A stretch of 64,000 nucleotides of DNA from Bacteroidales bacterium (GTDB taxonomy: Bacteria; Bacteroidota; Bacteroidia; Bacteroidales; UBA10428), in NCBI GenBank assembly GCA_016931575.1, contig JAFGEO010000118.1, positions 15,457 to 79,456 on the forward strand, given 5' to 3'. Each line of letters begins with the position of its first letter. Position 1 is the first letter of the stretch. The notes beneath the pieces were generated by a model. The model worked only from the letters and a program-made list of their open reading frames with translations. It had not been told where the DNA came from and searched no databases. Shown here in pieces: positions 48,881 to 58,021 of the stretch. A program made the translations under genes and the position numbers.

Positions 48881-49576
48881 ATGATTCCATCCGGTACAAA
48901 AGTGCTTATTGTTGATGACGATCCCGATATCGTTGAGTTTTTATCCTATAATTTAAAGAAACAGGGGTACACTGTCCATTCTGCGATAAATGGCTCACAG
49001 GCAGTACAATACGTCAAAGAGATCAATCCCCATCTGGTCCTTCTCGACGTTATGATGCCGGGTATGGATGGCATCGAGACCTGTGAGAAAATCCGTGAAG
49101 ATCCGGCAAACCGGAACCTGCTAATCGTAATGCTTACGGCTCGCTCTGAAGATTATTCTCAAATTGCAGGATTTAATGCAGGAGCCGATGATTACATTAC
49201 AAAACCTGTGAAGCCCAAAGTATTGCTTTCACGCCTGAATGCCATTATCAGAAGGTATGGGATGCGCGAGTCTTTAAATGCTTCCAATGATCAGGTTGTC
49301 CGTCTTAACGACCTGGTTATTGACTCGGAAAAACATATGGTTTTTAAAGGGGAGCGGGAACTTACCCTACCCAGAAAAGAATTCAACCTGCTTTTACTCC
49401 TGACTTCCAGGCCTTCCAGGGTATTTACAAGGGAAGAGATCTTCGAGCAGTTGTGGGGAACTGATGTATTTGTGGGTGACCGGACAATCGATGTATATAT
49501 CCGAAAGCTGCGTGAAAAAATTGGGAATAACAGCATAAAGACAATAAAAGGAGTCGGGTATAAATTTGAAGCTTAG
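48881..49576 (+). CDS. OmpR/PhoB-family response regulator (paralog 2)
   Basis: Same architecture as the 39648-40343 gene, with long identical blocks (EFLSYNLK, LLDVMMPG.DGIETCEKIR, AGADDYITKP.KPKVL, GDRTIDV.IRKLREKIG, IKTIKGVGYKF). I chose the start at the ATG at 48881 (MIPSGTKVLIVDDD). The track's 48824 adds an implausible 19-aa extension. Confidence 0.85.
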   Translation: MIPSGTKVLIVDDDPDIVEFLSYNLKKQGYTVHSAINGSQAVQYVKEINPHLVLLDVMMPGMDGIETCEKIREDPANRNLLIVMLTARSEDYSQIAGFNAGADDYITKPVKPKVLLSRLNAIIRRYGMRESLNASNDQVVRLNDLVIDSEKHMVFKGERELTLPRKEFNLLLLLTSRPSRVFTREEIFEQLWGTDVFVGDRTIDVYIRKLREKIGNNSIKTIKGVGYKFEA

Positions 49577-49587
49577 GGTTTGGCAGG

Positions 49588-49624
49588 AAAAAAAAGAGGC
49601 TCACTGAGAAGAGAGCCTCTTTTT
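49588..49624. terminator. Bidirectional terminator between response regulator 2 and the TPR protein gene
   Basis: A8 - AGAGGCTC - loop - GAGCCTCT - T5. Confidence 0.7.
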
Positions 49625-49642
49625 ATATGGGATATATCCTGA

Positions 49643-50992
49643 TTAATTTGTGGTTCTGATGGATGTGCTTTCATTGATCCAGCATCCTACCGTATAGGCA
49701 TCACCTTTAGTGTATCCCTGGAAGAAGGCATCATCGCTGTTAGGGAAATACGACTCATAGACCTTGATCTTTGCAGAAGCTGTCTCTGCTACGGAAGGAT
49801 CAACACTTTTTGCTTTTAAGTATTTATCAACTGCAACCAGGTAAACAGTACCCTTTTCAAAAGGGGTACTACCACATGACTCAGCACTGGAAGCGTAAGC
49901 ATCACCAATCATAATATATGCATTTCCAAAGTCAGGCTTTACGGAAATGGCAGAACGGGCATGTTTTCGTGCCAGCTGGTAATTACTTTCCTTGAGGGCA
50001 ATTAAGCCAAGCTGAAAGTAGTAATCAGCCTTGTCATTAACGTCAGTTTCCTGTTCGATGGCTTTTTCGTAATACTCGGTAGCTTTTTTCATATCACCAC
50101 GTGAGATAAATACTGTAGCAAGGTTGGCGGCAGCTTTGGCTGAGGGCTCAACAGCATACTGAGCTTCAGATGCTGAAGCAAATAGATCGGAATCCAGGCA
50201 CCCAGCTTCACTGAGGAGCGCAGTGATTTTCTTGAGAAGCTCAATATTTTCCGGTTCGGCTTCAAATTTTGGAGTGAAAATGTTCACCAGCGATTCACAA
50301 CCGGCTGCACCACTTTCAGCAAAGTCCTTTTCTACACGGGTAATGGCGTCTTTTACGGCAGGATCATCACTATTATCAGCAAGTTTCAGCTCAAGTACAT
50401 CGATAACCTTAATGTAGTTATTGATCATATCATCTCCACTGACGGTCCCCTTCTGATAGAGGGCATTGCACACAGAGTAATAGGTGGCAGCAACAGCTTC
50501 TGAAACTTCGGGCCCTCTTAATTCAATCGATTTCCCCAGGTATTCATACACCTGTTCGAAGGCAGCTTCTCTTCTGTATTGCAGAAGATCCATCCCCATC
50601 TTACCATATACAAAACCGGCCTGATTAAAATATTCCATGCGCTTTTCATAAACCAGCATGAGGGTGTCAACCCATGCCTGCCTGATGGCTTCATCTTCAG
50701 AACTTTCAATTTTATGTTCTGCGATCTTAGCTCCGTAGATGTAGATGTTTTTACTTGATTTCGGACAGTTCACAAAACATTCACGCCATGAATCCACTGC
50801 AAGTTCGTATGACTTAATTTTAACATATTCACTCATAATGGAAAGGTTCATAGCACATTTTGTACGTGCATCTTCATCCGGTCCGTAATCCGGATTCTGC
50901 AGGTAATCCGCTTTATCCTGTCCGACAAGACTTAGTCCTGCAAACAAAAATGCTGTGCTTAGCATAAGATTTTTAGCAACAAATTTTTTCAT
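49643..50992 (-). CDS. Exported tetratricopeptide-repeat protein
   Basis: Signal peptide and TPR-like helical repeats (…ATEYYEKAIEQETDVNDKADYYFQLGLIALKESNYQLARKHARSAISVKPDFGNAYIMIGDAY…). Confidence 0.7.
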   Translation of the reverse strand: MKKFVAKNLMLSTAFLFAGLSLVGQDKADYLQNPDYGPDEDARTKCAMNLSIMSEYVKIKSYELAVDSWRECFVNCPKSSKNIYIYGAKIAEHKIESSEDEAIRQAWVDTLMLVYEKRMEYFNQAGFVYGKMGMDLLQYRREAAFEQVYEYLGKSIELRGPEVSEAVAATYYSVCNALYQKGTVSGDDMINNYIKVIDVLELKLADNSDDPAVKDAITRVEKDFAESGAAGCESLVNIFTPKFEAEPENIELLKKITALLSEAGCLDSDLFASASEAQYAVEPSAKAAANLATVFISRGDMKKATEYYEKAIEQETDVNDKADYYFQLGLIALKESNYQLARKHARSAISVKPDFGNAYIMIGDAYASSAESCGSTPFEKGTVYLVAVDKYLKAKSVDPSVAETASAKIKVYESYFPNSDDAFFQGYTKGDAYTVGCWINESTSIRTTN

Positions 50993-51177
50993 AATTGTAT
51001 ATTTTGCGAGATACTTCGAATTCAGTCACTTATTATTGATTTGCGAAAATAACATTTCAATGAGATTAATGCAAAAATTAAACCAGAATAGTCCATTTTG
51101 TCGATAATAGTTGAGAAACTTTCATAGACCTTACTCATATTTTTCAGATTTTTGTCTGTAAATTTATCAGACAGCTT

Positions 51178-51525
51178 ATGGATAACGGCAACTTATACGA
51201 TATGGCCTTCCTTAACAGGGTATCTGGCGGGGATACTGCTTTTATTCGTGAAATGATAAATACTTTTATGGAGGTAGCCCCTGTATATGTGCAGAAAGCC
51301 AGAACATTCCTGCAGGAGGAAAATATTGATGCCCTTGCCAGAGAAACCCATAGGATTATCCCCGGTGTGACTTTCGTAGGTGCAAAGAGTCTCGAAGCTG
51401 AGCTTATGCTGATCGAGGAATATGCAAAAAAGAAGTCCCACCTTGAGCAATTACCTGCACTAATTGATACCTGTGATGATCTCATCACTCGTCTCATCGA
51501 AGCATTTACACACGATTTTAGTTGA
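51178..51525 (+). CDS. Histidine phosphotransfer (HPt) domain protein
   Basis: 115 aa. The LARETHRIIPGVTFVGAKSL segment corresponds to the HPt HxxKG helix (His present, K/G positions divergent). Confidence 0.7.
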   Translation: MDNGNLYDMAFLNRVSGGDTAFIREMINTFMEVAPVYVQKARTFLQEENIDALARETHRIIPGVTFVGAKSLEAELMLIEEYAKKKSHLEQLPALIDTCDDLITRLIEAFTHDFS

Positions 51526-51530
51526 CCACA

Positions 51531-51896
51531 ATGAATATTCTTTATGCCGAAGATGACATCATGATGCAAAAGCTGGTTGTCCGGTCCCTCATCCGGCTGG
51601 GTTACGAGGTAACTACTGTTGATGACGGGCAGGAAGCTGTTGATGCCATCTCACAGGATCCTTTCGATCTGGTTATCCTGGATCTTTTTATGCCCAGACT
51701 CAGCGGCTTTGAAGTTCTTGAAATTCTACGAAATAAGCTGAAAAGCGATATTCCCGTGTTGGTTCTCAGCCGGAGCCATTTGGAGGATGATATGCAGAAA
51801 GTTTTCGCTGCCGGGGCTGATGATTATCTGGTAAAACCTTTTGAGCCTGAGGAAATGATCGTAAAGGTGACACGGATGTTGGCTCCAAAACGATAG
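51531..51896 (+). CDS. Stand-alone response-regulator receiver (CheY-like)
   Basis: Motifs ILYAEDD...DLVILDLFMPRLSG...VLVLS...KPF. The track start at 51522 is a TTG, so I prefer the ATG at 51531, 5 nt after the HPt stop. Confidence 0.85.
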   Translation: MNILYAEDDIMMQKLVVRSLIRLGYEVTTVDDGQEAVDAISQDPFDLVILDLFMPRLSGFEVLEILRNKLKSDIPVLVLSRSHLEDDMQKVFAAGADDYLVKPFEPEEMIVKVTRMLAPKR

Positions 51897-51900
51897 GCAA

Positions 51901-52671
51901 ATGGAGGAGATGCTTAGAATCAGCCTGGTTCAGCCTGATATTATTTGGAAAGACATACCCGGTAATTTGCTTAATTATGAACAAATGCTGGGAGATTTGC
52001 CTGAAACCGATCTGGTAATTTTTCCTGAAATGTTTGCCACGGGTTTTATAGCTGATCCCCGATCGGTCATTGCCCGACAGGAACTTGTTATGGAATGGCT
52101 TAGTGCCCAGGCGACTGATTCGAATAGGTTCCTGGTCTGCAGTCATCCCTTCTGCATGGAACAAGCCTGTTATAACCGGTTACTGGTCTATGGGCCGGGG
52201 GGCAGAATATGGCATTATGATAAGCGGCACTTATTCTCCTATGGAGGTGAGAAGGAAAATTATGTCCCGGGAAAGGAGCAACTGCTTTTGGATATTAAAG
52301 GGTGGACAAGTATGCCCCTGACTTGTTACGATCTCAGGTTTCCGGTGTGGAGTCGAAATACAATGGATTACAAGTTGTTAATCTATGTCGCTAACTGGCC
52401 CTCTGAACGAATGGAGATCTGGGAAACCCTCCTGCGGGCAAGGGCCATTGAGAATCAGTGTTATACCATCGGCGTAAATCGTGTAGGCATTGACGGAAAG
52501 AATATAAACTATACCGGTCGTTCGCTGATTGCCGGACCTGACGGGAAAGTAATCTGCTCCCTGAATGATAAAGAAGGTATTGTTACCCATGAACTCCTGC
52601 TGAGCGATCTACTGACTTTTCGCCGGAAATATCCTTTTCTGCAGGATAGGGACGAGTTTGAATTCAACTAA
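51901..52671 (+). CDS. Carbon-nitrogen hydrolase (nitrilase superfamily; YafV/omega-amidase-like)
   Basis: The motifs PEMFATGF (catalytic Glu) and CYDLRFPVWSRN (catalytic Cys) are characteristic of YafV-type amidases. Confidence 0.8.
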   Translation: MEEMLRISLVQPDIIWKDIPGNLLNYEQMLGDLPETDLVIFPEMFATGFIADPRSVIARQELVMEWLSAQATDSNRFLVCSHPFCMEQACYNRLLVYGPGGRIWHYDKRHLFSYGGEKENYVPGKEQLLLDIKGWTSMPLTCYDLRFPVWSRNTMDYKLLIYVANWPSERMEIWETLLRARAIENQCYTIGVNRVGIDGKNINYTGRSLIAGPDGKVICSLNDKEGIVTHELLLSDLLTFRRKYPFLQDRDEFEFN

Positions 52672-52672
52672 A

Positions 52673-52717
52673 ATTCCTGTAAAATCCCTGGTCTGAAACC
52701 AAAAATTTTACAGGAAT
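52673..52717. terminator. 13-bp perfect inverted repeat between convergent genes (probable bidirectional terminator; weak U-tracts)
   Basis: ATTCCTGTAAAAT (52673-52685) pairs with ATTTTACAGGAAT (52705-52717), with a 19-nt loop. Confidence 0.45.
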
Positions 52718-52729
52718 GAACAGGGTGTC

Positions 52730-53287
52730 CTAGCAACAGCCACCCTTATCTTCACAGGAGTCATGATCGCCACTGCAGTTGCAACCTTCGCAACTGCCCG
52801 GATAATGGGCATGACCATGAGTCATTTCTTCATCTGTTGCATCTCTGACCTCTGTTATTTCGCCTTGAAAAAACAGGTCGTTACCTGCCAGAGGATGATT
52901 GAAATCCATTTTTACATTTTCATCGGATACCTCTTTTACAATCCCGGTAAGTTTATTTCCGGCTGTATCCTGCATGGGAATGCGATTTCCTAAAGAAAGC
53001 ATGTTCTGGTCAACCTTTCCGTTTACCTCAAATGCGGACAGCGGGATATTCACGATGGCTTCTTCCTTCACTTCGCCATAAGCATCTGCTGATGCCAGGT
53101 TAAAATCGAAGTTGTCGCCTACTTTCAGCCCACTGATATTGTCCTCGAATTTAGGGAGCAATCCACCACCACCAAAGAGGAAGGTTAAAGGTGCTTCCGC
53201 GTTTAGGGATTCAACAATTTCTCCATCCGGCTGATCAAGCCTTAACGTGTAAGTAAGAGATACTACCTTGTCTTTTTCAACTATCAT
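52730..53287 (-). CDS. slyD: FKBP-type peptidyl-prolyl isomerase SlyD with Cys/His-rich C-terminal tail
   Basis: FKBP plus insert-in-flap pattern (VVSLTYTLRL...LTFLFG...HPLAG..L.F.GEI..VR.AT.EE). The tail is HGHAHYPGSCEGCNCSGDHDSCEDKGGCC. Confidence 0.85.
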   Translation of the reverse strand: MIVEKDKVVSLTYTLRLDQPDGEIVESLNAEAPLTFLFGGGGLLPKFEDNISGLKVGDNFDFNLASADAYGEVKEEAIVNIPLSAFEVNGKVDQNMLSLGNRIPMQDTAGNKLTGIVKEVSDENVKMDFNHPLAGNDLFFQGEITEVRDATDEEMTHGHAHYPGSCEGCNCSGDHDSCEDKGGCC

Positions 53288-53497
53288 GATATAATTTTTA
53301 ATACGAACCGCAAAAATACGTTTTTATACTCATTAGGCAAGAAACGTTCGAAAATTCATCTTTGTTCATTCTCTGGTTCATTATCTGCCAGTATTACTAA
53401 AAATTTAGCTGGTTTATGCAGGATTGAAATTTTAGGATTTTTTTGCATCGCTGCAAAAGATTACTTGGCTATATTTGGGAAGAAAAAAAAATGAAGA

Positions 53498-54196
53498 ATG
53501 AGAAACCTGAGATTACTATTTCCTGCACTGCTGACCATACTTGTACTTCCTGTTAGTGGACAACTTAAATATGGGGTAAGGGGAGGAATTAATTCCGGAA
53601 CCGTCAGCACTTCAGAAACCACATTTCAATTGCCTCTTGCCGAGTCACAAACTGTACCGGATGAGTATGATATCGAATACAAGACCGGAAGTCTGGGATT
53701 TCATATTGGCGGAGTCGGGCAGTATTTTATTGGCAATTTCTTCGTGGAAGCAGACATTCTTTTCTCTCATGTTAAGAATGACATTCAGATCACGCACAAA
53801 ACCTGGAATGAAAGTACCAGTGGTTTTGGTCAGTGGGAAAGCACGGAATACAGGGGTATTGCCAAATTCGACAAAATGGATATACCGCTGCTTCTGGGTT
53901 ACAGGCTTGGCCCTCTCCGGATCCTTGCAGGCCCGATGGTAACACTGCCGGTACTTTCAAAATTTGATGGAGAGGACCTGGAAAGTCTTAGGATGGAACA
54001 ATATTACAAGGCAAATACGTTTGGCTACCAGGCCGGACTGGGGATTGAACTTGCCAGTCTGAATATTGATGTGAAATATGAAGGCCCTCTTACCAGCTTC
54101 GGTACCGGTGTTGCCGTAAAGGGCAACGATTTTGAAATGGACCAGAAGATGAGCCTGCTAATCCTGAGTATCGCTTTTGTGCTGGGTGATTATTAG
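53498..54196 (+). CDS. Small outer-membrane beta-barrel protein
   Basis: Signal peptide, the YGVRGGINSG opening and alternating strands typical of OMP_b-brl/porin-like proteins. Confidence 0.6.
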   Translation: MRNLRLLFPALLTILVLPVSGQLKYGVRGGINSGTVSTSETTFQLPLAESQTVPDEYDIEYKTGSLGFHIGGVGQYFIGNFFVEADILFSHVKNDIQITHKTWNESTSGFGQWESTEYRGIAKFDKMDIPLLLGYRLGPLRILAGPMVTLPVLSKFDGEDLESLRMEQYYKANTFGYQAGLGIELASLNIDVKYEGPLTSFGTGVAVKGNDFEMDQKMSLLILSIAFVLGDY

Positions 54197-54232
54197 TATC
54201 CAGCGGGCGGTGCTGAGTGATAATTCATCAGG

Positions 54233-54928
54233 ATGTGTTACACGATTGAAATAAACCTTACCCGGGAGCAGCTGGAAAAGCGCTTCAGGGCGCGGCTTGA
54301 TGAACATTTGCCTTACAGGAAGCAGAACAGGGTGAATGCTTTTTCACTTCCGCAGTGCCCGGTTATTTGTACCGATAATCCTAAAGAGATCAGACTCTAT
54401 ACCTGGGGATTGATACCCTCCTGGAGCAAGGATAAGGAGTTTGCAGGGGAGATCCGGTTAAAGACCTTCAATGCCAAATCTGAAACACTGGATGAAAAGC
54501 CATCATTCCGTCACCTGGTCAAAGGGAAACGGTGCCTTGTGCTTACCAATGGTTTCTATGAGTGGCAGACCCTGGGTAAGTTGAAGCAACCTTACTTCAT
54601 CGGGGTGAAGCATGAAGAAGCTTTTGCCCTGGCAGGTCTGTACGATAGCTGGACCGACAGATCAAGCGGGGAAATCATCGAAACCTTCACTGTAATTACA
54701 ACCCCTGCCAACCCTTTAATGGAGGAAATCCATAATACCAAAAAGCGGATGCCCCTTATCCTGGAAAAGAAAAGCGAAGAAAAATGGATTGATCCCAGTG
54801 TACCCCTAGAAAAGTTAACGGATTTCTTCCGGCCTTTTAATCAGGAAGCAATGTATGCCGAGAAAGTAGACAAAGAACTATTCCGTACTTCAAAAGATGT
54901 TGATCCTGACCAAAAGAAGCTCTTTTAA
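54233..54928 (+). CDS. SOS-response-associated peptidase (SRAP/YedK, abasic-site processing)
   Basis: N-terminal Met-Cys, plus WGLIPSWSKD, FNAKSETL and RCLVLTNGFYEW motifs. Confidence 0.85.
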   Translation: MCYTIEINLTREQLEKRFRARLDEHLPYRKQNRVNAFSLPQCPVICTDNPKEIRLYTWGLIPSWSKDKEFAGEIRLKTFNAKSETLDEKPSFRHLVKGKRCLVLTNGFYEWQTLGKLKQPYFIGVKHEEAFALAGLYDSWTDRSSGEIIETFTVITTPANPLMEEIHNTKKRMPLILEKKSEEKWIDPSVPLEKLTDFFRPFNQEAMYAEKVDKELFRTSKDVDPDQKKLF

Positions 54929-55422
54929 TCATTAATTTGATAAGTTTTCGGGTCAATAGATGACCTGTTCCAGTGTTTGAGAACATCAGCAACCTTCTCT
55001 TCACTGTAAAAGTCACCCTTCTCCAGGATCCCTGTATTCTGGGTGTGGATTCGATGTCCATCCTGATTCAGGATCACCAGGACAGGAAATCCGAATCGTT
55101 GTGGGAATTCCAGGCTTTCCATCATTTCGGGATTCATATTTTCGCGACTATAGTTTATTGTGATCAAAACATAATCAGCCTGGACAAGCGAATCAAGCTG
55201 AGGGGTACTTTCAATGAAATCATGAAGGCGTATGCACCAGGGGCACCAATTTCCCCCAACCTGGATAAGTACATGTTTGTTTTCCTGTTTTGCCATACCC
55301 AGGGCTTCTTCCACCTGTTGAAAAGCATCGGCCTCAGGATTATAGAGTTTATTATCAGAACTTTGGGCAACAGAGAGCAGGCTTATTCCTGCTAATGCGA
55401 GAATGGTGAAAATACGGATCAT
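54925..55422 (-). CDS. Exported thioredoxin-fold protein (CxxC)
   Basis: Signal peptide MIRIFTILALAGISLLSVAQS and active-site-like GGNWCPWCIRL. Its start overlaps the flavodoxin stop (ATGA). Confidence 0.75.
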   Translation of the reverse strand: MIRIFTILALAGISLLSVAQSSDNKLYNPEADAFQQVEEALGMAKQENKHVLIQVGGNWCPWCIRLHDFIESTPQLDSLVQADYVLITINYSRENMNPEMMESLEFPQRFGFPVLVILNQDGHRIHTQNTGILEKGDFYSEEKVADVLKHWNRSSIDPKTYQIND

Positions 55423-55928
55423 ACTGAAAATTCTTTTTGTAACTGACTAACCCACTTTGCAATCCGGTCTTTGTTCATGCTTGACTGGTTTTCATAATCA
55501 AGGGCAAGTCCACAGAACTCGTTGCCGCGTTGGGCCCTTGACTGTTCAAATGCATACCCATCCGTACTGGTAAACCCAACAACAGTACCGCCCTGCTGTT
55601 CAATAATTTCTGCCATGATCCCGACTCCGTCTACAAAATTCTCGGGATAAGCTTTCTGGTCCCCGGCACCATAAATAGCCACCTTTTTGCCCCTGAGGTC
55701 GAGATCTTCCAATGCAGGAACAAATTCATCCCAATAGTTGGGCAGCTCCCCGTCAAACCAGGTGGGCACACCCAGTATCAGATGCTCATAGGACATAAAT
55801 TGATCCCCGGTCAGATCTTCTGCATTAACGGCTTCAATATTTTCTTCGCCAAAAGCTTCCAGGATGCGTTTAGCAGACTGTGCTGTTTTCTTTGTATTAA
55901 AACTATAGAATAGACCAATTTTACTCAT
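55419..55928 (-). CDS. fldA: Long-chain flavodoxin
   Basis: Motifs IGLFYS..T..T, LILGVPTW, VAIYGAGDQ and FCGLALDYENQ...RI..WV.QL typical of FldA. The phosphate-loop residues are somewhat divergent (SFNTKKT). Confidence 0.8.
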   Translation of the reverse strand: MSKIGLFYSFNTKKTAQSAKRILEAFGEENIEAVNAEDLTGDQFMSYEHLILGVPTWFDGELPNYWDEFVPALEDLDLRGKKVAIYGAGDQKAYPENFVDGVGIMAEIIEQQGGTVVGFTSTDGYAFEQSRAQRGNEFCGLALDYENQSSMNKDRIAKWVSQLQKEFSV

Positions 55929-55945
55929 AATCCATTTATTATTAA

Positions 55946-58003
55946 CTAGTAATCAAGTAATTCAGATACTGCTTTTTCAATTTTTTCGGCGTTTGGCAGA
56001 ATTGCTTTCTCCAGGATCCTGTTAAAGCCGACAGGTGTGAAGGTGGATCCTACCCGGCGAACCGGTCCGTCAAGGTATTCAAAGGCCTTCTCTGAGATCA
56101 TGGCAGCAACCTCGCCCCCGAAGCCGGCAAAGACTTTGTCTTCATGCACAATCAGGGCTTTATTGGTTTTCTGTACCGATTGGAGAATAGCCTCTTCATC
56201 CAACGGAAGAAGGGAACGCAGATCGATCACCTCAATGCTGACTCCCTTATTTTTTGCCAATTGTTCAGCCACTTCGAGGCACATGTGGGTCGTATTGCCA
56301 TAGGTGAAGATGGATAGATCTTTACCTTCCCTGCGAACCCTTGCCTTTCCGAAGGGTACTTCAAAATCGTCAGGAACGGGGGTTGCGGCTATGGGTGCGT
56401 TATAAAGGGCTTTTGGTTCCATGAAAACCGTCATGCCCTCGGAACGCATAGCAGTCCTTAACAAACCGGCTGCATCATCGGCAAAGGAAGGGTATACTAC
56501 CCGGGTACCCGGAAAGGTTGTCAGGGCGCCCTCAATGGTTTGTGAGTGATACAGGCCACCGCCAATGTATCCTCCGGATGCAAGGCGGACGGTTATGTTG
56601 GGGGATTCCTGACCTTTTGTACGCCAGTAATCGTGGGTTGTCTCAACAAACTGTTCCATAGCCGGCCAGAAATAATCTGCAAATTCAGCGCCTTCAACAA
56701 CAATCCTGATCTTTTTATTGAAACGGGACATGCCATTGGCGGTTCCCATGATGAAATCTTCAGCAATGGGTGCGTTGAAAACCCGCTCTATACCGAATTC
56801 CTGCTGCATACCCTTACTGACATTGAAGATTCCGCCTTTCTCTTTATTTGCGATATCCTGTCCCCAGATGAAGGTATCCGGATTGTGCCTGAATTCAGCT
56901 TTTAGTGTTTCGTTTATTCCTTCTATCAATTTCTTCTTTGGCCCATCAAAGTGATGGGTGCCATCGGGGTATTTTTCACTTTTGTACTCAGGGCCGATAA
57001 CAAAGTCGTGAATTGAACCCGGATCCGGATCCGGAGCAGCAATGCCCTTTTTATGAGCTGCCTTGACAGTCTCTTTGGCCCGGCTTTCCATCTCCATCAG
57101 TTCCTCTTCCGTAAAACGCTTATACCGGAGCAGCAACCTCCTGTATTTGGCCAGTGGATCGTATTCATTTACATAGTTCAGCTCGTAATCGTCGCGATAT
57201 AGATCGTGCCGGTCAGAGTTAGAGTGTGAATGTATCCTTACACAGTTTGCCTGAACGATAACAGGCATCGAGTTTTCGATAGCCCACTCTTTGGCTTCAT
57301 GCATGGCGTTCATGGAATCGAAGACATCTTTACCATTGCAATGGATGATTCTCAGGTTCTTGAAGCCTGAAAAATTATTGGCGACTTTCCGGTTGGCCGT
57401 CTGATCTTTCTTTGGTACGGAAATTCCATATCCGTTGTCCTGAAATACAAAGATAACGGGCAGCTGCTCGTTGGAAGCCCCGTTAATGGCCTCATAGACA
57501 TAGCCTTCCGATACTGAAGATTCTCCCTGTGAGCTGATTACCACACCTTTGTGTTTGTATTTTTTGATTGCCCTTCCTGTGCCTGAAGCATGTAAGGTGT
57601 GATTCCCGGTACAGGATGAAACGTTATGGATATTCCATTCAGGTTTTGCAAAGTGGTTTGACATGTGACGTCCGCCACCGGCTACATCAGTATCTTTTGA
57701 GATCCCATTGAGGATGATTTCTTCAGCACTCATACCCGCTGAGAATGTTGTTAGCAGATCACGGTAATAGGGGTAAAGGTGATCCGTTTCCTTATCAAAT
57801 ACCTGTCCTATTGCCAGCTGGATGCCGTCGTGACCGGCATAGGGGGCATGGTATGACCATCCAATGGCTTGTTTAAGGTAATTTGGTGCACGGTCATCCA
57901 GCAGTCTGCCCGTAGCCAACAGTTCGAACCATTTCGCCAGGGTTTCCTTGTCAGTGTTTTTAATAGAGAAACGTTTCTGTACAGCTATATCTGTAAATGC
58001 CAT
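55946..58003 (-). CDS. 2-oxoacid dehydrogenase E1 component, fused alpha/beta subunits (TPP-dependent)
   Basis: 685 aa. The N-terminal half resembles E1-alpha (GxGxxSEG-like QGESSVSEG, TPP-binding region). The C-terminal half resembles E1-beta (transketolase-like pyrimidine-binding and C-terminal domains). Confidence 0.85.
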   Translation of the reverse strand: MAFTDIAVQKRFSIKNTDKETLAKWFELLATGRLLDDRAPNYLKQAIGWSYHAPYAGHDGIQLAIGQVFDKETDHLYPYYRDLLTTFSAGMSAEEIILNGISKDTDVAGGGRHMSNHFAKPEWNIHNVSSCTGNHTLHASGTGRAIKKYKHKGVVISSQGESSVSEGYVYEAINGASNEQLPVIFVFQDNGYGISVPKKDQTANRKVANNFSGFKNLRIIHCNGKDVFDSMNAMHEAKEWAIENSMPVIVQANCVRIHSHSNSDRHDLYRDDYELNYVNEYDPLAKYRRLLLRYKRFTEEELMEMESRAKETVKAAHKKGIAAPDPDPGSIHDFVIGPEYKSEKYPDGTHHFDGPKKKLIEGINETLKAEFRHNPDTFIWGQDIANKEKGGIFNVSKGMQQEFGIERVFNAPIAEDFIMGTANGMSRFNKKIRIVVEGAEFADYFWPAMEQFVETTHDYWRTKGQESPNITVRLASGGYIGGGLYHSQTIEGALTTFPGTRVVYPSFADDAAGLLRTAMRSEGMTVFMEPKALYNAPIAATPVPDDFEVPFGKARVRREGKDLSIFTYGNTTHMCLEVAEQLAKNKGVSIEVIDLRSLLPLDEEAILQSVQKTNKALIVHEDKVFAGFGGEVAAMISEKAFEYLDGPVRRVGSTFTPVGFNRILEKAILPNAEKIEKAVSELLDY

Positions 58004-58021
58004 TTGAATGAATTTAAAAAG

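Noticed and set aside
51050-51056. Single TAACATT upstream of the HPt-REC-amidase unit
   Set aside because: It is an isolated half-site with no partner at an 11- or 22-bp offset. A single 7-mer is expected by chance in AT-rich intergenic DNA.
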